Assembly (NCBI RefSeq): GCF_009834535.1
Contig: NC_045697.1
Location: 93,932,001-93,996,000, forward strand
Reading direction: 5' to 3'
Source: Camelus ferus
Lineage: Eukaryota
DNA: 64,000 bases
Shown here: piece after piece, positions 12,405 through 25,679 of the stretch
Layout of the letters: each line of letters starts with the position of its first letter
Position numbering within the stretch: position 1 is the stretch's first letter
Notes under the pieces: model-generated
Database searches by the model: none
Told to the model about the DNA's origin: nothing
The model's input: only the letters and a program-made list of their open reading frames with translations
Program-made: the position numbers and the translations under genes

Positions 12405-12858
12405 TAGCCAGTAGAATGGGTGTTTTCAGTAGAAAACAGATGGTATGTACCAGTTATGATAAATTAAAGGAAAATTTAATTAAAAGACTGTTTAAAACCG
12501 AGCAGGGAACAGGGAACCTCCAAGGAATAGTGGAAGCTGTCAATCATCCTTGGCCTGAAAAACAAGAGGAGATAATGGCTACCAGCTTCCTGAGGGAGGG
12601 AGAGGTTTGTGTGGAGAGGAATGACTTAAAAATTGCTGTGGCTTTTAGCTGAGGGAAGCAGGCAGATTGAGAAGACCGTGTAGGAGAGAAGAGAGCAGGT
12701 AAAATAAACCCTGAGATCTCCGTTCTCTCTTCCGTTCTCATGACCAACTCAGCTGAAACCCAGAGGGCTAAGGAGCTCAAGCAATGCAGTCTACAAAGTC
12801 AGCCTCCAGGTGGACAGACATCAAGGTGAGCATTCATTGAAGATATCCAAGTATACAA
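12405..12858 (-). mobile_element. ERVL LTR (LTR33-like)
   Basis: 'cagtagaaaacagatgg...aatttaattaaaagactgttta...ccagagggctaaggagc..tgcagtctacaaagtcagcctcc' resembles antisense LTR33. Confidence 0.6.
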
Positions 12859-13499
12859 GTTGGAAGCCTGCCCAGCAACCATGAAGTAATACTCTTCTAT
12901 TATTAATGCCACATTTTCTAGACCCTCGTGGCTGCTAGAAAATCATTATAGTATGGTATATTACTGTTTCTTGCCCTTTACTGTCTGGTTCCCCCTAACT
13001 TGTCACCTCTTCAAATCATTAAGTAAATGAAACCGGGTGGTTAAGTTTTTTGTTTTTTTTTTTTTTCCAAATTACATAGATTTCAATTTCTATTACCTTA
13101 AAGGTAATAGAAAGTCAGCTCATTAGATGATTAACTTTGGAAGTTCCATAAGCTTCGTATTGGTACTTGGGATCACATGATATAAACAGGTTGCTCTCTG
13201 CTCAAAAACACCTCAGCATGGCAATTTGGACAAGGCATGCATTTGCATCTCCCCAGAAGGCACTGTGCTTGATGGAAGTACGATCACTTTAATGCAGCTA
13301 TGTACTGTGATGTAAAACAATGTATTCTTTTTTACAGGTGTGTCATTAAAAGACACAAGCACAAGGAAAAAGGCACAGATGCTGACAGAGAGAGCGCTCC
13401 CTGCCTCTAATCAGCTACACACCTTCCTGGTAAATGCTCAGCAAGCCAAGCCAACACACCCGCAGCTTCCAATTAGCATTTCACTTTCTCCCACTTAAA

Positions 13500-13690
13500 A
13501 ATGGAAAGGCATCAAAAAGACTGCCAGACATTTGAGAAAATCTAACATGAAGGACAGACCCCAAAATAAAAAGGAAAATAATTAACTTTGGATAAAACAA
13601 AAATAGAGAGAGCAGAAGATAAAAGAAATTAAAAAGCAGTTAATATTTTGAGAGAAATAAGAGATCTCTGATGCACGAAAAGGAAAAAAA
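13500..13690 (+). mobile_element. Old L1/HAL1 ORF1-start fragment
   Basis: 'ccagacatttgagaaaatc..acatgaag' followed by A-rich 'ttaatattttgagagaaataagaga'. Confidence 0.45.
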
Positions 13691-14850
13691 AAAAAAAACT
13701 ACCCCGGACAAGTTGAAACAGAGAATTTTGTTCTGAGGAACAGCAGCTGCAACTGAGGGTATGAACAAATCTTACTAGCAGGAAAATAAAAGGGACTATC
13801 TGTAAATTTAGTAAGTCCCTGGGAATCCTTCCGTTAAATGTGTCCTTGAATTCTAGCTACCAGGTTTATCTCTTCAGGCATCGCTGTACAAAACAAGGAT
13901 AGTATGTTGGATTTTTTGTTATTGAGTCAGTAATTTGCAGGAAAAGGTCAAGACTATCTATTTTGAAAACTAGAGCTGGATCAGCTGGACAGGACATTCA
14001 GGGTTTTTTTCAGGGTGCAAAGGAGGTGTGTGTTAATGTGCATATGTGTCTACCAGTGTCTGATTTTCCCATCTGTGTAATAAAATACACATAAAATCAT
14101 ACTGATGCCAGGGCAAAGTATAAGCTTTGCTTTAACACTTCAAATATGCTAACATTTTTCCCCAGGTATGAAGAAACTATTTTTAATTGAAAACAATCAC
14201 TTCTATGTAAAAATGGAGTGTGAAGTATCCTGAATGTTCAATAAACTGAACACAGTCACTAGAGACTTGTGTTAAGAATTATTTAAAAAAAAAACAGTTG
14301 AGCATGCAGAAAGATTTTCAGGAAATACCTGAGCAAAACTTGCATTTCACTGTTAAGTCCTAACTATCAATTACATTACTAAAAAAAATATAAAGTCATT
14401 TTGATGATTATTTAGACTTTATAACTCCAAAACCAGAACATAAAGTTTGATAGGCTTTGAGAACAAAATATGAACTTAAAAGGCACTGGGTCCTACTCCC
14501 AGAAAACTAAACTCCACAGAAAGTAAATGACTTCTTAGGACCCCTTACCTTCTAACGTCAGAGCCCAAACACAACCCAAATTCTTACATAATCCTAATTG
14601 TGTGGATTTCTCAAATCATCAGGATACTTAAATAACACCTCCAATCTGAAAAATTCAAAGGAATTTCATCAACAGACTTGTATTCAAATTTCCACTCCCC
14701 ACACTCATGATATGTTACACTGGGGAAAACAGTTTTACTATATTTTATTTTTGACTTATTTCTTAGATTTATTTCTTAGAATGCAATATGAAAGTTCTTT
14801 GTTTTTAGTCAAGTGCTATACACATTGCATTTTGTTTTTTTGTTTTATGA

Positions 14851-15840
14851 TTCATTCATTCATTCAATGACAATTTTCTGAAGGCCTTGGGTTGAACAGT
14901 ATGAATACAGAACTCAATTAAGCACAATCCAAAACCCAGTGAGCTTTCAATCTATTAGGGAGAAACTAATACCTAAACTAAAAATGCAATATTAAGATTC
15001 AGAAACCACTGCAGAAGTAGACAAAGGGTTCAGCTGTACAAAAAAGAAGGAGTAGTAAATAATATCTCTAGGATAAATGGAAAATTCACAGAGAAGATTA
15101 TACGAACTTACTCTTGAATGATGAGTAGCTTTTAACCATAGAGACAGGTGGTGTGGAGATGGTGGTGATAGCAGGGGGTGGGGAATTTTAGTGGGGAGGA
15201 ACATTCATACAGAGAGAATATTTGTCAGGAAAGGAAAAAAAAAAAACCCTGAGAACTGAATTTGAATACTTGATGGTGATATATGAGGGGAACTTAGGAA
15301 AAGATGATGCTGGCAAGTCAGCAGAGGCAGAACTTGATGTCTCCTGAGGCAATATTGAGATAAATGGATATTTTCTTTTCCTTCTACAGGCAAACATAAC
15401 TGAAGCAGGTCAGGGAATATTTATGTTTTAAAAATATATAAAAATTGTTATCAATGAATTAGATGAGATACTCAATTCTAGGAGACCAGTTGAATAGTTA
15501 TTATAACTGTCCGAACCCTGAAGTTAATGTAACAGACAGAACAGGCACACGTGCTTCAGCGGGAGTTGAGAGAAGCTATGGTCACACGTACGATTTGGGT
15601 CAGAGAATTACGGTCCATTTTCTGGTTACTGACGTTCATGATCATGCAAGTTGTGATAACACTCCTTAAAGCTGGAAATAATGGAAAACTGGTAAATTCA
15701 GCAGGAGAAAGTAGAAAGTTCACTTATGCAAATTCTTAATGGAAAATGGAAATGCTGATTAGACAGTTGCATATGTAGATGAAACTTGGGGGGAAAACAT
15801 AACTGTATGGGACAGAGAAAATCACTAGGCAGACCATATG
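14851..15840 (-). mobile_element. L2 LINE (3' end plus decayed body)
   Basis: (ttca)n terminus at 14851, 'gagctttcaatctattagggaga', 'ggagaccagttgaatag' and 'tagacagttgcatatgtagat'. Confidence 0.6.
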
Positions 15841-18039
15841 TGATGAGAAGAAAAGAGCAGCAATAATAAAATTCCACTGGAGTTTTTGTTTTTAAATATT
15901 GATAAATTATAGGACATTTTGGTAATACTAACTTCAAAAATGCACCATAAAAAAAGTAATACACTTTCAATTTAAGTTCGCTATATCTTTAAGCAGCCCA
16001 ATATTTTTCTTCATTTTACTTTCCTAAGAAAGCACTCTATCAGAGCAAGAAGTTCCAAAAGTACATATTTAAAGCAGCAAATGTTAAATATTTACTTGCT
16101 ATATTCATTTAGAATCAGTTTTCTTCTGTACATTGAGAATGAGTTTTCTTGAAACTGATGAAACATGAAACATGAAAACATTGCTAGGAGTCTCTGAAAT
16201 GTTCTCAATAACCGTGAAATATTCACTTAAAATAGGAAAATTCTTAATCATAAAAAATTACTAATTATCTTACCCAAATCTTCCAATAAACACTTAGACT
16301 CATTTGCATTTTATTCTAATAGATCGAATTATTTACATGACTGAATGAGTGAGTAGGCAATAGAACAGCATAACATACAAGATTTCTCTGGATTCATGGT
16401 CAGTCATAGATCTACCTACATGGTCAAACTATGTGGTGTTTGTTTGCAGGAATTTAAATCCCAATAACTATATTATAGGCCATATGTCTAATTTACAAAA
16501 CTGGACAACATTTTAAAAAGTTTTTTAAACATGATATTCTTTGTGGACATATATGCCTCATAATTAAGAAAAATACAGAGCATATCCAGAACAGTGTCCA
16601 ATTGAGCTATACTCATGAGTAGTGTAAATCCTTTAAAGTAGTAAAGAAAAGAACACAAGATATATTTATGCTGTATTTCATAAATGTCACAACAGAATGA
16701 GCAATTTTGTGATGGTAAAATAATTTCCACATTCAGATACAATTTTAAAGTATTATGCTTTCATTCTACATAGAACTTCTGTGTTTCAGACGTCTGGGAA
16801 TTTAAATGTCACCTAAAGCTCAACTGTGAGCTATGTAATCATTGAATGATCATTCAATGTGATATTTACAATTTTCATCAATTTTGCATATTAAAAGAAT
16901 TTTCAATTATTTAACTATAAAAGCTTTGATTTGATTTCAATCTAACGCCTATCACATCTGATTGTACTTGACGTGTAATTAGTTTGATGAATATATATGT
17001 TTGATTTAAGTTTGCTTACTGAATATTTAAAAGGTAAACTTTTTCCTCTTTTTACTCATTGTCTTAAAATATGTCTTAGTCTGTACTAACAATATAAAAT
17101 GAGTTACATAATCAACTACCCCTCTAATGCTAGGCTAAAAAATTTTTATCTTAAATGTGTAATTCATAACAATATAGCATAAAAATGTACCAAAATATTT
17201 CACTTCATTTTGCATGTGGAAACCTGGGTTAAGACAAATCAAAGACATACATCTTTGTATTAAGAAAATATATCATGATGATAAGGTATTAATCAACAAA
17301 TTATACACTATATTCTATTAGTTATTGCATAGATGATGTGCACATATAAATGTGTTTCACACAAGGGAAAAGTGAATTGGCAAGAAATATTGTGCTGGTT
17401 TATTTCTTTAAGTTCTGTTACTGATATTCAAACATAAAGAGTAAGAAAAGGCACACATCCTACGTTGCTGCTCCTATGTAGTTTCCTGTAAAGTGCTGTG
17501 ACTGTTTCTACTAAGAAAAGAGTGGATCCCAATCTATATTTTAATTTAAATACTATAGCACATTAGAGCACTGTTTGCTATGAAATGTCTACAGGAGTGT
17601 TTTTATATCTACTCTTAGTCAAACTCTGCCAATCTAAAAAGATAAGTTAATTAATAATAAGCAGTGACAGGTAGGCATTACTCATGATTCAGATTCCTTG
17701 GTGAAAAATGGACCAGTAAAAGCCAGCATAGTGATCGTGGACAAGAGCATGATGGGCAGGGGGTGGTGAGGAAAGGGGGACGATAACAATTCTACTCTGA
17801 AAAATCATTTTATCCAGATTAAAAAATTCTACTTCTGGTCCACTCCCACCACTACCACCCTGCCTGTGTGAGCACACTGGCTCAGAGTGATTACATTGGT
17901 GCCACGGAGAAGGATCTCTGCCAGTTAGTGAAAATTCTCCTCTAAAAACATATGCCCAATGTTACTCAGTTTTGATTTAGCAGTGTAGCAATCTCTATTT
18001 GCACAGAAATCTGGCATAAGTATAGAGTGGTATTTCCGC

Positions 18040-18445
18040 CCATTTTGGTTGTAACAGATACTCACAATATTAGTGTTACCAAAAATAGAAGTTCACTGCT
18101 TTCTCACATAAGTATTTTGAGGAACAAAATCCCGGGTCTGTTATGGAGGATTTGGTCTATCAAGTCCTCAGAAAATCAGGCTATTTCTTTTGCGTTGATT
18201 AGCCCTGTGCTAAATCCACTCTTAGTGTAACCTCATAGTCCAAGTGGTTGATGCAGCTCCAGGCATATTCTCTGCCTTCCACATAGAGGAAAAAGGAAGA
18301 TACAAATGAAAATAGACAAGAGTCTTATCTTTAAAGAAAGTTTATGGAAGCAACCACAGGACATTTTCTAATTACAACCCAATGGGCACACCTAAGTATT
18401 AGAGGGGATAAAATATGTAAGTTGTCTTCAGGGAGGCATATGTCT
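18040..18445 (-). mobile_element. MaLR LTR (MLT1K/L-like)
   Basis: 'ggttgtaacaga...aatagaagttcac..tttctcacataa...ctcatagtccaagtggttgatgcagctccaggcat...gggcacaccta'. Confidence 0.55.
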
Positions 18446-18819
18446 ACTTATTCATTCTATTATCAGGTAAGAATGTTAGAACACATACTGGGAAAAAAGT
18501 AGCAGTCTGGGCACAATGTTCCAACATATTGGAAACATACAGCCTGAACTATACTTATTAAAATCGCATTATAAAAGAGTATTTTATAAATACTGGTAAA
18601 ATAAAAATAAATAAATAAAATAAATTGAAATGAAATAAAAACGTTGGGATGAGAAATCACTAATTAGGAAAGCAAAGTTTGAAATAATATGTTATTAACT
18701 GATTATACACACAGGGAACAACAACGAGAATAACTTAGCAATTTATACAATATTATTAAAACTCATTATTTCAAAGTAATGGAACTGTAGAAATAAAAGG
18801 TCATTATAATATAGAATTA

Positions 18820-19050
18820 ATAACTCTGACTTCTGAGAAATATTGCCTATCTTTGGAATCGGACTCTAATTCTCAACTAGCTGTATATTCTGGGCATCTT
18901 ATTTAACTTCTTTGTGCCTGAATCTTCTCATTTGCTAAAAAGCAAGATATTTATTACGTTTTTTATAAGGTAGTTATGAGGATTAAATAAGTTAATATAT
19001 ATAAAAATCTTAAAATCATACATGGAAAATAATAATAATAAAAAATATTA
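18820..19050 (+). mobile_element. MIR SINE
   Basis: 'actagctgtatattctgggc..cttatttaacttctttgtgcct...gttatgaggattaaataagttaata'. Confidence 0.75.
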
Positions 19051-19893
19051 CTTACCTATATATCTAAGTGGTTTTATTTTTTTTCTTACTAGCAATTTTA
19101 TATTTAATGTTTTATTTTTAATAGAAGTTATATATGATAGATATATATAATGTATATACACATGTGTGTTTATATATTTCAAATTCAGAAGACATTACAA
19201 GAAATAAAGCAAGAAAGCTTCATTTCCAACATTTCCTACATAGAAAGTACTAATAGTCTTTCATGGCTAATACTTAGAGTAGAAATTTATAGCCATTTCT
19301 AAAACTTTCCTAGGTAATAGAGGACATGGATATGTGTGTTTGCTTAAGTCTACACACACAATGTCAGCAATGTAATCTAGTTCCCTCTGCAGTATCTGCC
19401 ATGTAGAATCAGTCGATACAGTCCAAGATTCAGGAAATGGTACTGAAAATGCTGTAAGTGGTTCAGTAAACCCACATGTAGAAATTTCCATCAGTGGCTG
19501 CACGGTTAAAACAAAACAAACTATAACATAAACCCAGCTTTTAAGCATCTGACCGAGTATTTAAGGGAAAGTAAGAATAAGAAGTTATGACATAAATTAT
19601 GAAAAGCAAAAGGATCAAAGAACTCCAGAACAAATATGTCTCTGCACAGATAATGGTTATTGCTATAATTCCACATTACTAACATAGCTTGTATTTCTCC
19701 ACCTTGACAGGAAAAAGAAAATAACCCATGAGCCATCTGCATTTTATCACAATCTTTAATTTTTTTAATAAATGAAAATAATCTCAATTTTGGCTCTGTT
19801 TAAAATTATAATTTCATGTAAAGGCTTTCTTCTCCCTCTCTGTTTAGCTAGTTTAGAGGAAAATTATGCCTTTCCAATCAAGATCTGATATCA

Positions 19894-21140
19894 GCAAAAC
19901 ATTCTCTGACATAAATCTCAGCAACGTTCTCCTAGGGCATTCTACCCAGGCAATAGAAATAAAAGCAAAAATAAACAAATGGGGCCTAATTAAAGTTATA
20001 AGCTTTTGCACAGCAAAGGAAACCATAAGTAAAACAAAATGACTACCTACACAATGGGAGAAAATATTTGTAAATGATGTGACTAACAAGGGCTTAATTT
20101 CCAGAATATACAAACAGCTCATATAACTTAGTAAGAAAAAAACAAACAACCCAATCCAAAGACGGGCAGAACACCTAAACAAACATTTCTCTAATGAAGA
20201 CGTACAAATGACCAATAAACACCTGAAAAAATGCTAAATATCATAAATTACAAGAGAAATGCAAATCAAAACTACAATGAGGTATCACCTCACACCAGTA
20301 AGAATGGCCATTATTCAAAAGTCCACAAATGATAAATGCTAAAGAGGGTGTAGAGAAAAGGAAACCCTCCTACACTGTTGGTAGGAATGTAGTTTGGTGA
20401 GCCATTATGGAAAACAGTATGAGATTCCTCAAAGAACTAAAAATAGACTTGCTATATGATCCAGCAATCCCACTCCTGGGCATATATCCAGAGGGAACCC
20501 TAATTCAAAAAGATACATGCATCTCAATGTTCATAGCAGTACTATATACAATAGTTGAGACATAGAAACAACCTGAATGTCCATCGTCAGATGACTGGAT
20601 AAAGAAGCTGTGGTATATTTACACAATGGAATACTACTCAGCCATAAAAGAAGAATAAAATAATGCCATTTGCAGCAACATAGATGGACATGGAGATTGT
20701 CATACTAAGTGAAGTTAGCCAGAAAGAGAAAGAAAAATACCATATATATCACTCATATGTGGAATCTAAAAAAAAAAAAGACAAATGAACTTATTTAGAA
20801 AACAGAAACAGACTCACAGACATGGAAAACAAACTTACAGTTACCGAGGTGGAAGAGGGGGATGGAAGAATAAATTGGGAGTTTGAGATTGCAGATACTA
20901 ATTACTATATATAAAATAAACAACAAGTTCATACTGTACAGCACAGGGAAATACTCAATATCTTGTAATAGCCTATAATGAAAAAGAATATGAAAACATA
21001 TATGTGTGTTTGTGTGTGTGTGTGTGTATAACTAAATCACTATACTGTGCGACAGAACTTAACACATTATTTCATTAAAAACTATATTATTTGATGAAAC
21101 ATTATTTCATTAAAAACACCAACTATATTTCATTAAAAAA
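19894..21140 (+). mobile_element. 5'-truncated lineage-specific L1 (ORF2 C-terminus plus 3' UTR)
   Basis: Well-preserved L1 3' sequence (agcttttgcacagcaaaggaaacc..., atggaatactactcagccataaa..., A tail); imperfect TSD agatctgatatca 19881-19893 / aaatctgacatca 21141-21153. Confidence 0.92.
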
Positions 21141-23014
21141 AAATCTGACATCAACCATTTTAAATGGCAAAATTAAAGATTTAAAATTAACTGCCTAGAA
21201 CTGTAAACAGAGATAAGAGGGCTTGTAACTGACTGGAGGGATGTAAATGAAGAATAACAGAGAACCATCAGCTCCCTTCAATGATCAGAGGAATCCAACC
21301 TACAGCAATTTTTTTGTCCTGAACTACTCAGAGAACTGCCATTCTCTAAAGCTGTTACAGATACGCCTGTAAAATAATTCTTTCAGAGCATAATAATGTA
21401 AGAACTACCTCACACAAACTGAGCTCTGCAACCATCTACTGGATTCCGACTGTGAAGCCAACCAATTTAAATCATATCACCTCATTTTTTTGCTGAGTAG
21501 ATAATTCCTTCTTGTCTCCTAAATGAGCAAAACTCTATATAATTCATAGTTTTTAAGTTGTTTAATAAAGGCTTTTTAGCAAGGAAGTTGCCTCAAACTG
21601 ATAGGTCATGGAATTTGAAGAGCTGACAGTTCGGTTGACACTGCCTTCTCAGTAACTTGCTGGCGCTATATTTTGAGCAAATAATTGGATAACACTTTTC
21701 TTTCCTCCAAAAAGTCTCAGGATTTTACAGTGACATTCCCAGTGTCAGCAGTGGCTTCATCAACAGTTATGTAAAATGTGAAGATGCCACCAGGAAGTCC
21801 TGTTTCACACTTTAGAAAACTAATGTTAGTGGATGTGTGGGTGGGAGGGTGTGGAAAAATAAGCTGTGTATGGCAGCAAAGTTTGTAATGGAATGTTTAA
21901 AAAAAAAAAAAGGATTCCCAGAATATCACTCCGTAGGCAGTGGGCAACCTAGTGATTCTGTGAAAAATGCACACTTTTGAGGAAGAAGGTTTTTGCATCT
22001 GTTTCAGGCAAAAATTTCATCTACTCCTAATGGGAAATATATGCAATAGAGAATAAAAACCATTTTACAGGTGGTAGATGATCTGCTATCAATTCCAGTC
22101 TTTCTGTGCCCCTCAAGTAGAGTTTGTCAATAAAGCTACAGATCCCGTCAGGAAACAGAACCCTACACTAGGATTCTTTAAATAATCATTCTAAGAAAAA
22201 GGCAAAATAAATGGCCAAATGTGCACTAGAAATGAAATGTTACATTTAAAATTTTCTGAGCACATCAGACAATGAGTGAAGGAAACAGTATAACTTAAAA
22301 AGCATTTTTGATTAAAAACAGTAAGCATGACAGTACTCCCTTTGTTTCTGCCTGGGCCCTATTACAAGCAAACACAAGGATGATATTTGATGTAAAGCTG
22401 TCAAGTGAGACATAATCTTATTTATCTTCCAAGTGCATCTTTTTGGCACATGATTTTGCCAGTTTGCCGAAAATCTCTCCCTAAACTCTTGGATGGGATA
22501 TGACTTTATGTGACTACATCCACTCTGCAAAAAGAAGTATTCTCCACAAAATATTTCAGTTGTGCTTCAGAAGGATGACTCCCAGCTCTCAAAATATCAT
22601 CTGACTGAATACTGGCTTTCATTTTCAAAGCAATTTCAAGTTTTCATGACAAATTAAAATCATTACATAGAACTACATATGTGTGCGTGTGCATGTATAT
22701 GTGTGCATATATATATATATATTTTTTTTTTTTTTTGAAAGCAGTGTGCTACAGCGAGAACCACATGAAGAAATCCAAACCTGTGAGGATAAGGATGCTA
22801 CACTGTGGTAAGACCACGGAGACCACTAAGCTACTGAATAACTGGCAAGTTGAGGTTAAAGTTGCTTCCAAGGATTAAGACTTTCTAAGCCACCTTGGAA
22901 AAAGAATCTACCCATAAGTTGCTCCTCAGACCCTCCTAGCAGGATACCAGGTAGGAAAGAAATTCACCCATAAGGTATGTTTGAAACACTCTAAAGGAGT
23001 TCCAAAAAACAATG

Positions 23015-23830
23015 GTAGGATTTCTAATTTCAGCCCTGATATAAAGAGCTTTGATGATTTCACTCCATTCCCAACAAGTACAACAATAAAAACTGAACAA
23101 ACTAAAAATCATTAACTTCCTTGGACCCATCAGAGAACTGAAGTCCCAGGATAAGTACCATCTTGAGATCTGGAGAAACAAGTGAACCTGGAGTCATAGT
23201 CAAAAAAGATCTCCTTACCCTGAGCAGAAGCCATTGGAGCCATAACTGAGAGGAACAATTAAAATGTAGTTTTGATGACTTGTTGGAGGCTGAGTGTAGC
23301 TTTAGATGAAAGTCAGAAACTTCTCAGGGCTGCAGTCTTCAGGGGATTCTCATACTTTCATGGGATTTTTGTTTAAGAGCCCCATTAGGTTCTCATGATG
23401 AAGATGCAGAAAGATTCCATCAAGGCTCTAGAAGAGGAAAGAGATGAGTAATTAATCCTTGTTATACCACTATGCCATGAGCATTGCCTCTAACAAAAGC
23501 CTACCATCTGGGAAGACTCTACCACAGTCTTGTCCCAAAGCTTTGATAGAAGGTCATTCCTCCCACTTCAGCCTCCTCCAGACTTCCTGTCTCACATAAG
23601 GAGGGAAAAAAACTGTACAAGAAGAATACAGTATGAAGTTCTGAAGCCAGAAACACAGGTCTACTAAAAGATTGAGATAAACTGGAAGGTTATAGAAGCC
23701 TCCTCCCCAACACCTAACACCACATTAATAGGACTATAACAATAGTGGGTGATAGCTGAACAAGCTACAAGACAGACTCTTTCTGAGGAGGGGTACTAAG
23801 AATGCTTGCTAAGTCACCGGCAACCAAAGA
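23015..23830 (+). mobile_element. Old L1 5' UTR region (L1MB/MC-like)
   Basis: 'aaaactgaacaaactaaaaatca...ggacccatcagagaactgaagtc..agg...atctggaga' resembles old L1 5' ends. Confidence 0.55.
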
Positions 23831-25144
23831 TGAAATAATAGATGCTAAAATGTTGAGAAAAAGTGTGGTCCCTGATAGACTAAAGTGAGCATTAGAAATC
23901 CAATATGGATTGTTTGGGAGTTAACTTAGATTTACTCTATTTTTATTATCATGACACTATAATATCACTGGCCGATGGGGCCTGAAGAAATTCAGATTGC
24001 ACCAGAAGATGAACGTCAAAGCAAAATACAGTACAACAAAATGAACAGCACAGTCAATAGATTGTAAAGGACCATCCTCTATGTTTTAGTAACAGGCTAC
24101 ATCAATAAACACAAATAAAATTTCTTGAACTTTAAAGAATTCAAAGGAAAAAATCTGTATTCAACCTACTATCATTGCTTATGCCAGATTTAGAACATGG
24201 AAGGAGAAATCATCTCGGGGGCAGGTGGGAGCAGATCTTGCACAGAAGGTCAACCTTGAGATTCTCATGTTCTGGTGCTGCCAGCAGCTAAGAATGGAAG
24301 TGCAAGGTCTCACCAAGAACACTGACACCCACCACCACCACTTCAGAGACAGTGCAGGACAGTGGCCTGCTCTAACAGCTAACAATATCCTGGTGAGATT
24401 GATGAAATTTACTGTGGCTTCCATGTGTGTCCTGTGAATCAATGACTTTTAGGAACTTCTTCCCTGACCTTCACCCAACCCTTCCAACAATGGTTAGGTG
24501 AGCCTAAAATGGCCTATGTTAAGTCCTTTCTTCTCCAAAATCCTGGAATGGCTGTTGTTTTCCTGCCTGAAACAGGACTTTTCAACTAAATGAGGAATAC
24601 CAATATATATTTTTAAATGATATAAAGTTTTTAAATTACTCCTCTAGGATTTGAGAGAAAATTATTCTGATTTGTAGCTTTTACCACCTTAGAATCAGAG
24701 TGCTTAATTTAATATTTCTAGGCTTGCATTTCCTCTCTCAATTGAGGGCTCTGGCCAAGAACTTTTCTAGTTCTGTCAGTCTACAAGTCCAGAATGTTAA
24801 GATTAATTTGGTTAGAGAGATGACAAAGATGAATATTCCACATTATAAATATTGTTGGCATAGTGAGTTTAACAGAATGGATAATTTGTTTTGACATAAG
24901 AAATCACCTTTGCCTTCTAAAATTAACTTTTTTGTAGCAAAAGATAATTATAAAATATAATGGACACATTCTTTCTATATCAAATCTTTGTATTTCTCAT
25001 GTGTATGATGAATTCTGACAGTTTCATACCTTTACATTGGTAGCAAATATCTAAGATAACCTTTCAAGGTAAGAAATGACAGTGCTAAACACTAGAAAGC
25101 TTAAAAGTCATTTATATTTGGTCCCATTCCAAATACAAGGTCCT

Positions 25145-25599
25145 ATCTAATTGGTTTTTAAGTCAGCTGTAACAAATTACTACAGATTTGGGGGCTTTAA
25201 ACAATACACATTTATTCTCTTACAGTTTTATACATCGTAAGTCTGAAATAGGTTTTACTGGACTGAAATCAAGTCATCAACAGGGCTGTACCCTTTGGAG
25301 GTTCTAGAGGAGAACCTGTTTCCTTGCCTTTCTTAGCTTCTGGGGTCGGCCGGTAGGATCCTGCTTCAGTGGTCACATTGTCTTCTTCTGTTCTGTTACC
25401 AAATCTCCCTCTGCCTCCCTCCGGTAAATTCACTTATGATTACATTTGGGGCCCACTGGGATAACCCAGGGATAATCTTCCCATCACAAGATCTGTACAG
25501 TCACATTTCTAAAGTCAGTTTTGCCCTGTAAGGTAACATTCACAGTTTCCAATGATTTGGACCTCAATATATTTGGGGGCCATTATTCACTATAATACA
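25145..25599 (-). mobile_element. MaLR LTR (MLT1C/D-like)
   Basis: 'gctgtaacaaattactaca...acatttattctcttacagtt...ggaggttctagaggagaacctgtttccttgcctttc..agcttct...ggggccattattc'. Confidence 0.85.
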
Positions 25600-25679
25600 T
25601 CAATCTTAAATTATAATCTCATACTGCTTAGTAACTTCTGTTCTTACAGCAAAACTTCCCATTCTTCCTAGAGTAAACA

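Noticed and set aside
13338..13430. Possible + strand exon after ttctttttttacag
   Set aside because: Weak donor (gtaaat), and adjacent to or probably part of an old L1/HAL1 5' region
19853..20215. 120-aa minus-strand ORF ([13 protein letters not shown]...), and similar ORFs at 30180-30518, 36934-37176 and 38396-38831
   Set aside because: Antisense translations of L1 ORF2/3' UTR, a common source of spurious predicted proteins
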